From the IMG/VR virus record IMGVR_UViG_3300031933_000215, positions 62,001-126,000 of that record: a DNA stretch of 64,000 nucleotides. One strand, given 5' to 3'. Below, piece after piece: positions 37,691-46,148 of this stretch (position 1 is the stretch's first letter; every line of letters starts with the position of its first letter). Made by a program: the position numbers and the translations under genes. The notes below the pieces were generated by a model that was given only the letters and a program-made list of their open reading frames with translations, was not told where the DNA came from and did no database searches.

Positions 37691-38305
37691 ATGACCCTCA
37701 TTGTTGTAGATCAATTTCGTACCACAGTTGATTCCCACGCCCTCGTTACCGACGAACGAACCGGTGATAAGAGCCACGAACCTTACATGAAACTCCGTCG
37801 TCTGGTGGCCCCGATCCGCCATGAGTTTGGACGCACGTTCCAGACCATCACCGTGGCGGGCGATGCCGGTGGGTTTGAGTTGTTCCTGCACAAACTCAAC
37901 AAGGAACTGACGATGGCGGAAGAAGCCGATAGTGGTGTAACTGACACGGACCTGGTGCGTATTGCCAGCGAAGTGAAAAGCCCTCGGCCGACGATCGCCA
38001 TCATTCCATCCCCTTGCGCTGTTCTGGTGGTGACGTTTGGTGGTGGCAAACCGGTGGAAGTGGAATACCGTCCAGGTGCGGTTCACGGGTTTGGGTCGGA
38101 TTACGAACCCATTCCCGGTGAGGAAGAGGAAACCCGAGCATGGTTCTCCATCTTCATCGATGCCAAGCGGGCGGGTAAACTCAAAGACGACACCATCCAC
38201 TTCATGGCCCATGACAGCGACACCGTACACACGGACACGTTGAAACCGGCCCACAAAGCGAAGAAATTTCGCAGTCGGTTTCCGTTCCGTCGCCGTTTGG
38301 GTTGA
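37691..38305 (+). CDS. Ntn-hydrolase (HslV/proteasome-beta)-like protein
   Basis: M-T-L-I-V-V start, VDS, later K, VAG and FGS in the expected order. Confidence 0.5.
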   Translation: MTLIVVDQFRTTVDSHALVTDERTGDKSHEPYMKLRRLVAPIRHEFGRTFQTITVAGDAGGFELFLHKLNKELTMAEEADSGVTDTDLVRIASEVKSPRPTIAIIPSPCAVLVVTFGGGKPVEVEYRPGAVHGFGSDYEPIPGEEEETRAWFSIFIDAKRAGKLKDDTIHFMAHDSDTVHTDTLKPAHKAKKFRSRFPFRRRLG

Positions 38306-38323
38306 TTGAAACAAATTTGAAGA

Positions 38324-38342
38324 CTATATAACCCTTGTGAGT
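38324..38342 (+). promoter_or_regulatory. putative early promoter (variant)
   Basis: CTATATAAC-ccttg-TGAGT. Confidence 0.6.
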
Positions 38343-38397
38343 AAACCCAAGAAAGGTTGCTCACATCAACATAAACTGAAAGAAGAAGGTGATTATC

Positions 38398-38640
38398 ATG
38401 ACCGAAGCAAACAACACTCAGGCTACCGAAGTTGCAAACAAGAACATCAACACTGAAGAATCTAAAGTAAAAGGATTCTTCCGTCGCCACGGTAAGAAGA
38501 TGGCGATCGGTTTTGGTGTTGGGCTCGTCGGCGGTGGTGTCTACGCTGGTGTTCGTCGCTATATGGAAGGTGGTGTCGGCACCGCCAGCGAAGCTGTTGG
38601 CGACAAGGTCGAAGAAGTCATCAGCAACCTGATGAAGTAA
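38398..38640 (+). CDS. small single-pass membrane protein
   Basis: SD AAGGTG; basic patch then AIGFGVGLVGGGVYAGV. Confidence 0.7.
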   Translation: MTEANNTQATEVANKNINTEESKVKGFFRRHGKKMAIGFGVGLVGGGVYAGVRRYMEGGVGTASEAVGDKVEEVISNLMK

Positions 38641-38648
38641 TCGACCGA

Positions 38649-38686
38649 CTGGGGGAGTATTGCTCCCCCAGATCTTTATTTTTTAT
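38649..38686 (+). terminator. intrinsic terminator
   Basis: CTGGGGGAG-tattg-CTCCCCCAG then T-rich tract. Confidence 0.75.
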
Positions 38687-38715
38687 TCCCCATACTGTCC
38701 GAAGGAGGACTGAGC

Positions 38716-39159
38716 ATGACCATCGTTAACAAAGCAGCGGACCTGAACGAATACACCAAGGCGTTCGACGCCCACATGACCAAAGCCCAGCAGCAACATT
38801 TCGGCACCCCCGAGCGAGTGATTGAAGTCGTGGAAGGTCGCATCGGCGAGCGTCGCTTTGGGAACTTCGGCGTCTACCACGCGGTCCTGACCGCCGAAGA
38901 CCATCGTTACATCATCGTTGGCGGCGTTCATGGAACAGTCGTGTTCGACGAAGATGGTAACATCCACGTCAACGGTGGTTTCGCTGACCCAGAAAGCGAC
39001 GCCTTCCGGCCGGAGTACCATCACGCGTTGATGAAACTCTTTCTGGGCGGCTACCCCATGCATCTGTTGATTGATGTCATGGATTACGACCACGCCTGCC
39101 AACCGCTCCCAACTCGGGAATTCGCGGATCGGTTCATTGCCCTGGTGGGAGAACTGTGA
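38716..39159 (+). CDS. hypothetical protein
   Basis: SD AAGGAGG. Confidence 0.75.
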   Translation: MTIVNKAADLNEYTKAFDAHMTKAQQQHFGTPERVIEVVEGRIGERRFGNFGVYHAVLTAEDHRYIIVGGVHGTVVFDEDGNIHVNGGFADPESDAFRPEYHHALMKLFLGGYPMHLLIDVMDYDHACQPLPTREFADRFIALVGEL

Positions 39160-39167
39160 GGTGTCCA

Positions 39168-39569
39168 ATGTCTAATGAAAGACCTGAAGGTGATTGGTAC
39201 GAAGACTTCTGGTCGGACGGTACCCGGACGTTCCACGCGCATGAAGGTACTGTCTTCATTCGCAAGGCACACAACAGCGATCAGTACTACATCGACATTG
39301 AAACCGATCGCGGGTTGTACGAAGACGTCCGGGCCGGTGTGATGGGAATTGAGACCAATGCATTCTCAAACGCGCTGGTGCGTCGTAAGGGTCGCGCTGA
39401 GGGGTTCTTCACAGGCTACGTGTATTACCCCCTTCCCCTGATCTTCGCCTCACCAGAGGAGCGTAGGATCGCCGCAGAAGCTCTTGGTAAACGTCCTCCA
39501 CCGGAACGCTGGGCACGGCGTCGTCGGGAGGAGATCGAAAAACTATTCAATATGAAAAAGCGAGCGTAA
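39168..39569 (+). CDS. hypothetical protein
   Basis: ATG 39168 with GAGGTG. Confidence 0.7.
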   Translation: MSNERPEGDWYEDFWSDGTRTFHAHEGTVFIRKAHNSDQYYIDIETDRGLYEDVRAGVMGIETNAFSNALVRRKGRAEGFFTGYVYYPLPLIFASPEERRIAAEALGKRPPPERWARRRREEIEKLFNMKKRA

Positions 39570-39571
39570 TC

Positions 39572-39745
39572 ATGACCGAAGAAACTAAGAATCAGGAACC
39601 CCAACCGAAGATGTTTAAAACCTCATGCTTCAAACGTGTTGTTAGTGCTGCATGTGCCGGGGCATCAGTGGGGATTGTATCCGGGTTAATGGTTGGCGCA
39701 ACCGTAGTTGTGTCCCGTGCACTCACCGGTCAAATAAGAGGGTAA
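39572..39745 (+). CDS. 57-aa single-pass membrane protein (below track cutoff)
   Basis: MTEETKNQEPQPKMFKTSCFKRVVSAACAGASVGIVSGLMVGATVVVSRALTGQIRG, translated by hand. Confidence 0.6.
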   Translation: MTEETKNQEPQPKMFKTSCFKRVVSAACAGASVGIVSGLMVGATVVVSRALTGQIRG

Positions 39746-39749
39746 GTCC

Positions 39750-39872
39750 ATGTGTGAAGAAATCAAGAAAGCCGAACGTAAAGAACAAATTTGTCACCGC
39801 GTATGTGTTGGAGCATTCTTCGGCACCATGGTCGCCACCTACGTGTGGGTGGTCAGTCGCTGCACTAAGTAA
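39750..39872 (+). CDS. 40-aa single-pass membrane protein (below track cutoff)
   Basis: MCEEIKKAERKEQICHRVCVGAFFGTMVATYVWVVSRCTK; SD GAGGG; ends at terminator. Confidence 0.6.
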   Translation: MCEEIKKAERKEQICHRVCVGAFFGTMVATYVWVVSRCTK

Positions 39873-39876
39873 CGAC

Positions 39877-39914
39877 GACATAAAGCCCTCCCACACGGGA
39901 GGGCTTTTTATTCC
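39877..39914. terminator. bidirectional terminator flanked by CGACATA
   Basis: AAAGCCCTCCC-acac-GGGAGGGCTTT between convergent genes. Confidence 0.8.
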
Positions 39915-39927
39915 GCTTCTTTTTTTT

Positions 39928-41466
39928 TTATTCGGCCCACCATGCCACTTCGTTATCGCTGCCCAGCGGACCACCGCCTGGCATTGCCAGCGAGATCTCT
40001 TCGTCTTTATCGACGTCCCATGGGATGGTGCCCACTTCTTTAAAGGGTAGGCAAACGTAGAGGTCTTTCTCGGGCGTTACCGTGTTCCGGTGTTTACCAC
40101 GCTGGACCGTCAGGTAACTGGCGCCATTGACTTTGAGAATGTGAATGAAGATCTCCAAGTCAGGCTCCTGACCCAGACGACGACAACCGTCGTAGTAACC
40201 TTTGTTGGCCACCACCTTAACGAAGTCCTCGACGTTCTCCCGAGTCAACTGCAACGCATCCGAGGAGAGCTGGTGTGGGGTGATGCACGCAATACCGCGC
40301 GGTGCACAGTAGTTACGGACGCGACGGAACAACAGACGAATGTCATCACCGGCCACCTTAGCATCAATGCCAGACTTGGACATCATGTTCAGGTAGTCGA
40401 TGAACAGACCAACGATCTCATACCCATCGGCGTAGATACCATCCAAGAACCCGATCAACGACGCCACGGTAAAATCACTGGGGTCAAACCGATGCATTCG
40501 AACTTCGAACCCGGTTTCACGCAGACGCTCGGAGACATACGCGGATGCTTCTTCGACGTTGACCTCAGAGACCACCACCGGTTCGCCCGTATCGTTCTCC
40601 TTCAGATACTGGTAGATCCACATCAGGTTGTCTGGGATCTCGTTTTCGTAGGTGATGAACAACAGCAGTGGCGTTCGGGTCTCATCGCGCAGTTGCGGTT
40701 TATTGAACAGGGCAGCTTGAGTGAACAGAGACAGCATAAAGCCGGACTTAAAGTTGTGTTGCAAACCACCGACGGTACAAAATTCACCACGACGTACCGC
40801 GCCAACTTTACCCAGCATCCGGTTGAACCCTTTCCAACCGAACTTCAACGCACCCTCGGTGGACAACGCCACCTTGACGTCTTTAAAGTGTTGCGTCAGT
40901 CCTTCCGGATCGCCAAAATCCATGGACCCCATCATCGCTGGGTGTTTTTGTTTGGTCCGGGCTTCCAGATACGGTTCCAGCTTGGAACCCATCTCCGTCA
41001 CCTCGGCGGCAATGTCGTGAATGGCGTTGCGTTTGAACGTGAACTTGTGACTGTATTCTTTCAGGATAGAGAGGATGCGTTCGTCGTTCAGGTGTTGGTT
41101 CAGATTGGCCCGGTACGATTGGATGACCTTGACGACACTTTTCACGTCCGGATACTTTTCCATCAGTGCGTTCATCAACGCTTCGTACAAGAAGTTCTCT
41201 TCCCGACACGCGACTTGGATCTGTTGCAACACCTCAGCATCGGTGGGGAAGTTATCTTCGGTGCGGGTGTTCAACCACATGACCGCCGAGCGTAATTCCA
41301 GGAACGTTTGACGACCATGGTCGTGATCAATGGTGGACTCGGGAATCGGAAGACTGTTTAGGATGTTCGACACCAGCTCGTTGGAAGGAGACGTCGCAAC
41401 ACCCTCACGGTGCTCCAAACACAAGAGAGTCGCACAGTTGATCAGCAGTTGTTTGGGTGAAAACAT
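39928..41466 (-). CDS. dnaB: replicative DnaB-like (SF4) helicase (phiKZ gp118-like)
   Basis: Walker A variant GGLQHNFKS, ITYEN, Walker B FIDYL, TPHQLS, RGKHR arginine finger. Confidence 0.9.
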   Translation of the reverse strand: MFSPKQLLINCATLLCLEHREGVATSPSNELVSNILNSLPIPESTIDHDHGRQTFLELRSAVMWLNTRTEDNFPTDAEVLQQIQVACREENFLYEALMNALMEKYPDVKSVVKVIQSYRANLNQHLNDERILSILKEYSHKFTFKRNAIHDIAAEVTEMGSKLEPYLEARTKQKHPAMMGSMDFGDPEGLTQHFKDVKVALSTEGALKFGWKGFNRMLGKVGAVRRGEFCTVGGLQHNFKSGFMLSLFTQAALFNKPQLRDETRTPLLLFITYENEIPDNLMWIYQYLKENDTGEPVVVSEVNVEEASAYVSERLRETGFEVRMHRFDPSDFTVASLIGFLDGIYADGYEIVGLFIDYLNMMSKSGIDAKVAGDDIRLLFRRVRNYCAPRGIACITPHQLSSDALQLTRENVEDFVKVVANKGYYDGCRRLGQEPDLEIFIHILKVNGASYLTVQRGKHRNTVTPEKDLYVCLPFKEVGTIPWDVDKDEEISLAMPGGGPLGSDNEVAWWAE

Positions 41467-41588
41467 GGTTGAGTATCCTAAGCGCATTTATGAAATTGTC
41501 GTATTATCTTATCATTGCGTAGTTTTTGGTGTCCCTATTTCTATGAGACTCACCGTATTCCCTTTCTTTCATGCTATAGGTAATCGCT

Positions 41589-42119
41589 ATGCCAGTCTTG
41601 TATGTGACGTCACCGGAGACGGTGGCCATGCTGGAAGCCGAAGGGTTGTCGCTGAAAACACTCGCCGATACCGATACTATGGCTCAACAGCTTTCGCCGT
41701 TGGACCTAGCGGAAATGGAGCGAGCGTTTCACGCCTTCCCTTTCAAAATGGATGCCGATCTCGGGATTGAATTGGCACCACCCCCATTGCAGCGCCTTGC
41801 TGTGAGCGGGGAACATGAAGATGTAATGTCCCGTGTTCGTGAGCGTGTGGAGACCGAAAAACTCAAGGAGTCGGTCGATGGAGGAAAGTTTACTCCTGTA
41901 TACACCCTCAATCCTGTAGACGAGAATACTTGGGTCGCGGTGCAGCAGAGGTTGCACGATTCTGGTACCGATCCTTCAAACTCGCTGCTCTCGTCTAATC
42001 AGGGTTTCTTTGATTCCCTGATTGCCCAAGCGTTGCACGCACACTCCTTTGAAAAGGTAAGTGCCAGCAACATTTTCCGTTATTATCTGGAATCACTCCC
42101 GCAGCGTAAGTCTGCGTGA
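41589..42119 (+). CDS. conserved virion protein (phiKZ gp119-like)
   Basis: 176 aa between helicase and capsid genes; TATG at 41542. Confidence 0.7.
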   Translation: MPVLYVTSPETVAMLEAEGLSLKTLADTDTMAQQLSPLDLAEMERAFHAFPFKMDADLGIELAPPPLQRLAVSGEHEDVMSRVRERVETEKLKESVDGGKFTPVYTLNPVDENTWVAVQQRLHDSGTDPSNSLLSSNQGFFDSLIAQALHAHSFEKVSASNIFRYYLESLPQRKSA

Positions 42120-42183
42120 GTGTGTACCTGATGATATGCTTACATAGCAACCAATTCCGTTTCTCCTACGTAGGGTATTTCAA

Positions 42184-44463
42184 ATGGATAATCTGAAGAA
42201 ACTGTTTTCCGATCGCCACGACGCAATGAAAGGCGATTTCGAACTGACTGAATTTGTGGCCTCCCTGGAATCTGCTGGCGACGTCGTCGGTGGTCCCATG
42301 GCCGTATCTCGTGAGCTGGCTGCTCGTGTTTCCACCGAGTCTTTCGGTGAGATGGACCAGGAGTCCATGCACAGCTGTCGCGAACTGTACTCTTCTCTGG
42401 AAGACACCCTGGAGCGTCTGGGCTTTGAAAGCTTCAACGCCAAGCGCGGTGCCGACGCTTCCCGTATCGGCGAGAACCAGGTTCTGGCGGCAACCGTTGC
42501 CAACATCGCTTCCGGCGACGAAGTTCGCTACAAGAAAGCCCTGCGCGGCATGACCAGCGCTCCTCAGTCCAACAACCCGAACGTGGTTAACTTCAACCCG
42601 ATGGTTGAAGGTCCCAACGGTAACATGCCGGTACTGGCCGAAGGTCAAGGCCTGGAAAACTACAACGAGAAGTCCCAGCGTGATTTCCGTGTGGTTTCCG
42701 TTGCCTACAACCTGGCTGCTGCTCGTCAGGACGCGTTTGGCGAAGCCATCTACCCGACTGTGGTTGTGAACCCGACTGAAGGTGGTGTTACCCAGAACCT
42801 GACCTACGCTGCCGTTCTGAAGGACGTGTTCCACGAAGTTACTGGTGCCCTGTTCGACACCCGTGAAGTGAACATGGTTGAAGCCTTCCGTGACCCGGCC
42901 GTTCTGGAAGACGCCAGCACCAAGCTGGTTCCGGTAGTTGACGAGAAAGGCACCAACTCTGACGTATTCGTTGCCGACACCATTGTGGCTCCGAAGACCA
43001 TCGAACTGGACCGTGGCGGTTCTGTTGAAACTGCACCGCTGAAAGTGGGCCACAAGTTCGACCTGATCGGCGTTTCCAACCGTCAGCAGCTGATCGCTGG
43101 CAACCTGCTGGACAGCTCCGACACCATCGATCCGGCCATGCGTCTGAAGAACCTGTACGTTCAGACTGGCGGCACCAACAAGAAGGTTATCCGCTTCACT
43201 GTTGAGCGCATGCCGACTGCTGTGTTCCAGCCGAGCCTGACCAACGACACCCGTATCGCTCAGCTGAACTTCACCACCGAAGACATGGTTGTGAAGGCCG
43301 GCACCAAGGCGGTTGACGGTTCCACTGGCGCTGAGCTGGACGAAATCGCTTCCCGCGAATGGACCCTGCGCCTGAGCGTTGGCGTATCCGGTTCCGTGAG
43401 CCTGTCCAAAGGTGACACCTGGATCAACGCTACTCCGGTAGTGGTTGAGAAAGTACTGGACGCTGAAGGTACTGCTCTGAGCAAGAAAGACGGCGACGTT
43501 GCCACTCTGCTGAACGCCCTGGGCGATCTGACTGTTGTGGGTTACGACCTCGACGCACGCTTCACCAACACCAACCGTCGTGAGCGCGGCCAGCTGGTAC
43601 AGACTCGTACCCTGCAGTTCCGCTACCCGGTTCCGATGCACAGCCCGATCACTCTGCCGATGTCCACCATGGACGAGAACGGCCCGGGCGACGTGGTGAA
43701 GACGCTGACTGTTGCGACCAACATCCGCAACTCCAACAACGCTGTAACTCGCCTGCTGAACTACCTGTCTCAGCTGCGTGAAGTGACTTCTTCCGGTTAC
43801 GACCGTCCGAAGTTCGGTGCTGTTGAAGGTGCTCTGTCTGCCCTGATCCGTCCGACGTACCGTCACGCCAACCTGGACCTGCGTGAAGTCATCGACTCCA
43901 CTCGCAGCGGCGAGCGTTGGGAAGACGTGTGCCAGGCCATCCTGAACACTGTGAAGAGCATGCTGTTCCCGGCCTACCGCGACTCCAACATCGAAGCGGC
44001 TTACCAGACTGTAACTGGTAACGCAGATGAGCGTCCGAAGTTCATCATCGCGACCGACAAGGAAATCGCGCACTACCTGATGCTGAAAGGCGACGACCGG
44101 ACTCTGGGTGCTTACCTGAAGTACGACATCGTCTCCACCAACAACGAGCGTTTCGATGGCAAGATCGTCATCATCCCGACTCGTGAGAACCCGGTTGAGA
44201 ACGACATCCTCAACTTCGGTCAGTTCTACTACGTACCGACCATCGTTGCGGACCTACCGATCAGCCGTAACGGCCAGATCTCTCGTGAGATCGCTGCCGT
44301 ACCGTTCAACCTGCACGTTAACAACATTCCGTTTGCGATCGAAATCGACGTATCCGGTCTGCGTGACGTCATGGGTGAGTCTGTATTCATCAACAAGATC
44401 GGCTCTGCGGCCGACGCTGGTGATACTACAGCTGACAGCGGTGGCACCACTACTACTCCGTAA
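42184..44463 (+). CDS. major capsid protein (phiKZ gp120-like)
   Basis: 759 aa; propeptide ending near GLE|NYNE; YNL.AARQD.FGE..YPT, N.NRR.RG motifs; strong codon bias; strong terminator. Confidence 0.92.
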   Translation: MDNLKKLFSDRHDAMKGDFELTEFVASLESAGDVVGGPMAVSRELAARVSTESFGEMDQESMHSCRELYSSLEDTLERLGFESFNAKRGADASRIGENQVLAATVANIASGDEVRYKKALRGMTSAPQSNNPNVVNFNPMVEGPNGNMPVLAEGQGLENYNEKSQRDFRVVSVAYNLAAARQDAFGEAIYPTVVVNPTEGGVTQNLTYAAVLKDVFHEVTGALFDTREVNMVEAFRDPAVLEDASTKLVPVVDEKGTNSDVFVADTIVAPKTIELDRGGSVETAPLKVGHKFDLIGVSNRQQLIAGNLLDSSDTIDPAMRLKNLYVQTGGTNKKVIRFTVERMPTAVFQPSLTNDTRIAQLNFTTEDMVVKAGTKAVDGSTGAELDEIASREWTLRLSVGVSGSVSLSKGDTWINATPVVVEKVLDAEGTALSKKDGDVATLLNALGDLTVVGYDLDARFTNTNRRERGQLVQTRTLQFRYPVPMHSPITLPMSTMDENGPGDVVKTLTVATNIRNSNNAVTRLLNYLSQLREVTSSGYDRPKFGAVEGALSALIRPTYRHANLDLREVIDSTRSGERWEDVCQAILNTVKSMLFPAYRDSNIEAAYQTVTGNADERPKFIIATDKEIAHYLMLKGDDRTLGAYLKYDIVSTNNERFDGKIVIIPTRENPVENDILNFGQFYYVPTIVADLPISRNGQISREIAAVPFNLHVNNIPFAIEIDVSGLRDVMGESVFINKIGSAADAGDTTADSGGTTTTP

Positions 44464-44489
44464 GCTTTGACTTACCGTAGCTAGTGCAC

Positions 44490-44524
44490 AAAAAGGCGCC
44501 CTTCGGGGCGCCTTTTTTATGTCG
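44490..44524 (+). terminator. intrinsic terminator followed by TATGTCG
   Basis: AAAAAGGCGCCC-TTCG-GGGCGCCTTTTT. Confidence 0.9.
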
Positions 44525-44583
44525 TTCAAGGAATTACTCATGGTGGTGATACTATACACCCAAGCAAACACAAGGAACGAATC

Positions 44584-45234
44584 ATGACCGAACAAGATTG
44601 TACTGTTGAAGCCCATGTCCCGACTTTGAAAGAACGCTTCAGTGATTGGTGCCGCCGTACCTTCTCCCGACGGGACAATGACTCCGAAATGACGTCCCAC
44701 GCCATGCGGGAATTGACCCAAGCAGGCTTCTTTGATATCGACAGCGACTACGTTGGCATGTTGGGTCCTGCGGTACTGCGTTTGATCCAAACTCACGCCA
44801 AAGAGAACCACAGTGGTTTCTCCTCGTCGATTGCAGTGTCGCTGTTTGACCGGCTGGTGCAAGGTGAACCACTGTCGCCCCTAACGGGTGAAGAGAAAGA
44901 ATGGAGCGAATGGTACGAGGGCGAACTCCGACAAAACCTGCGTTGCAGTAAGATCTTCCAACGTAAAGATGGAACCGCCTACACGCTGGATGCGGTGATC
45001 TTCATTGACCCCAATGGCGCGTCGTTTACTTCCAAGGACAGTATTCGTGACATCCAGTTCCCGTACATGCCTCCGGCTCGACCGGAGTACCAACACAACC
45101 CACCCAAGGAAGTGATTCCGGAGAATCCGGTTAAAGGTACCGAGTTCATGTATAAAGGAGAACACTGGATCTACGATGGCGAATACTGGGTCGATGCTGA
45201 CGACTACCACGGACCCACGGTGATCAGGAGTTAA
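44584..45234 (+). CDS. conserved phage hypothetical protein
   Basis: A.REL, HSGFS, PLSPLTGE..EW, QN.R.S.IF motifs seen in many phage hypotheticals (from memory); C-terminal P.NP.KG...W.YDG..W module. Confidence 0.75.
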   Translation: MTEQDCTVEAHVPTLKERFSDWCRRTFSRRDNDSEMTSHAMRELTQAGFFDIDSDYVGMLGPAVLRLIQTHAKENHSGFSSSIAVSLFDRLVQGEPLSPLTGEEKEWSEWYEGELRQNLRCSKIFQRKDGTAYTLDAVIFIDPNGASFTSKDSIRDIQFPYMPPARPEYQHNPPKEVIPENPVKGTEFMYKGEHWIYDGEYWVDADDYHGPTVIRS

Positions 45235-45255
45235 CTTTTACTCGGTGGGTTATAG

Positions 45256-45530
45256 TATGCCAGTAACGGGTTTGCCTGCCCTGCATCGTTGACCTCGCCC
45301 GTTACTGAGACCCCTGTGATCCAGTCACAGCTTTACGACAAACGGTGGAAGCACTGGAGTACCACCAAAAGGCAATGTTGGCTTTTCATAAATGTCCTCT
45401 TCACTATAGGACTGCCGATAACTGCCCCGTGAGTTGGGAGCCTGACCCAATGCCTTCGAGCAATCGAAGTGCAAACCCTGCACGGGGCAACCTATTCCAA
45501 ACTCCCCTCCCCAAGTGGGAGGGGTTTATG
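45256..45530 (+). ncRNA. candidate ~270-nt structured non-coding RNA
   Basis: Starts at TATG, ends at terminator hairpin; six or more helices, loop-loop complementarity, multibranch 3' domain with GCAA tetraloop. Confidence 0.6.
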
Positions 45531-45555
45531 TTTCCCATCCCACGCAATTTAACCT

Positions 45556-45574
45556 CTATATCACTTAGTTGAAT
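45556..45574 (+). promoter_or_regulatory. putative early promoter
   Basis: CTATATCAC-ttagt-TGAAT. Confidence 0.75.
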
Positions 45575-45607
45575 CAAACCAACCCAATCCAACAAAAGGA
45601 TGACACA

Positions 45608-46057
45608 ATGATCAAAGTTACTTCAGTTGACCCAGTGATCGGTACCAACGAACTGACCAAAGACGACATCATGTACGTCGATACACATTGGTCAGAAATC
45701 GACGGCATTCGCTTCGTGGGCAATCGGTCCGATCTTGAACGGGCCAGTCTGCCTGTTCTGGAGCCGGTAAAGGTCGGCGATCGGTTCTACGGTGTGACAG
45801 TGCAGGTCCATTGGTCCGGTATGGTCGAATTCTGGTTCCATGCGGCGGATAAAGAAAACACACTGCATCTGGCCAAAGCCCTGGCGACTCAAAAGAAGTT
45901 GATTACAACGGTCACACACTTGGCCCGCATCTTGGTCCGTTTCGACCGTGACGGTTCAAGAGTGGGTGAAGTCGATACCTTGGATCGGTTCTATGAGAAC
46001 TTGGACCCGAAACAGCTCGACTACTCCACGTTCACTGGTGATATGATTCCGACATAG
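45608..46057 (+). CDS. hypothetical early protein
   Basis: ATG 45608 with AAGGA; own promoter and terminator. Confidence 0.75.
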   Translation: MIKVTSVDPVIGTNELTKDDIMYVDTHWSEIDGIRFVGNRSDLERASLPVLEPVKVGDRFYGVTVQVHWSGMVEFWFHAADKENTLHLAKALATQKKLITTVTHLARILVRFDRDGSRVGEVDTLDRFYENLDPKQLDYSTFTGDMIPT

Positions 46058-46067
46058 TCGGAATACC

Positions 46068-46099
46068 GGGGAGGGCTACGGCCCTCCCTTTTTTTTTTT
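46068..46099 (+). terminator. intrinsic terminator
   Basis: GGGAGGGC-tacg-GCCCTCCC + long T-run. Confidence 0.85.
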
Positions 46100-46148
46100 C
46101 ATCCCATTTTATTTCAAATCTACATTATAAAGGAGAGTAACGACCCAC

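Noticed and set aside
42166-44073. 635-aa antisense ORF over the major capsid gene (similarly 50101..51858, 23586..24755, 2997..4190, 40090..41295)
   Set aside because: Shadow ORFs caused by strong sense-strand codon bias; no motifs or credible RBS
45256-45530. tmRNA, RNase P RNA or hammerhead ribozyme
   Set aside because: No tRNA-like ends or tag ORF ending in Ala-Ala, no RNase P conserved blocks, no CUGANGA/GAAA core
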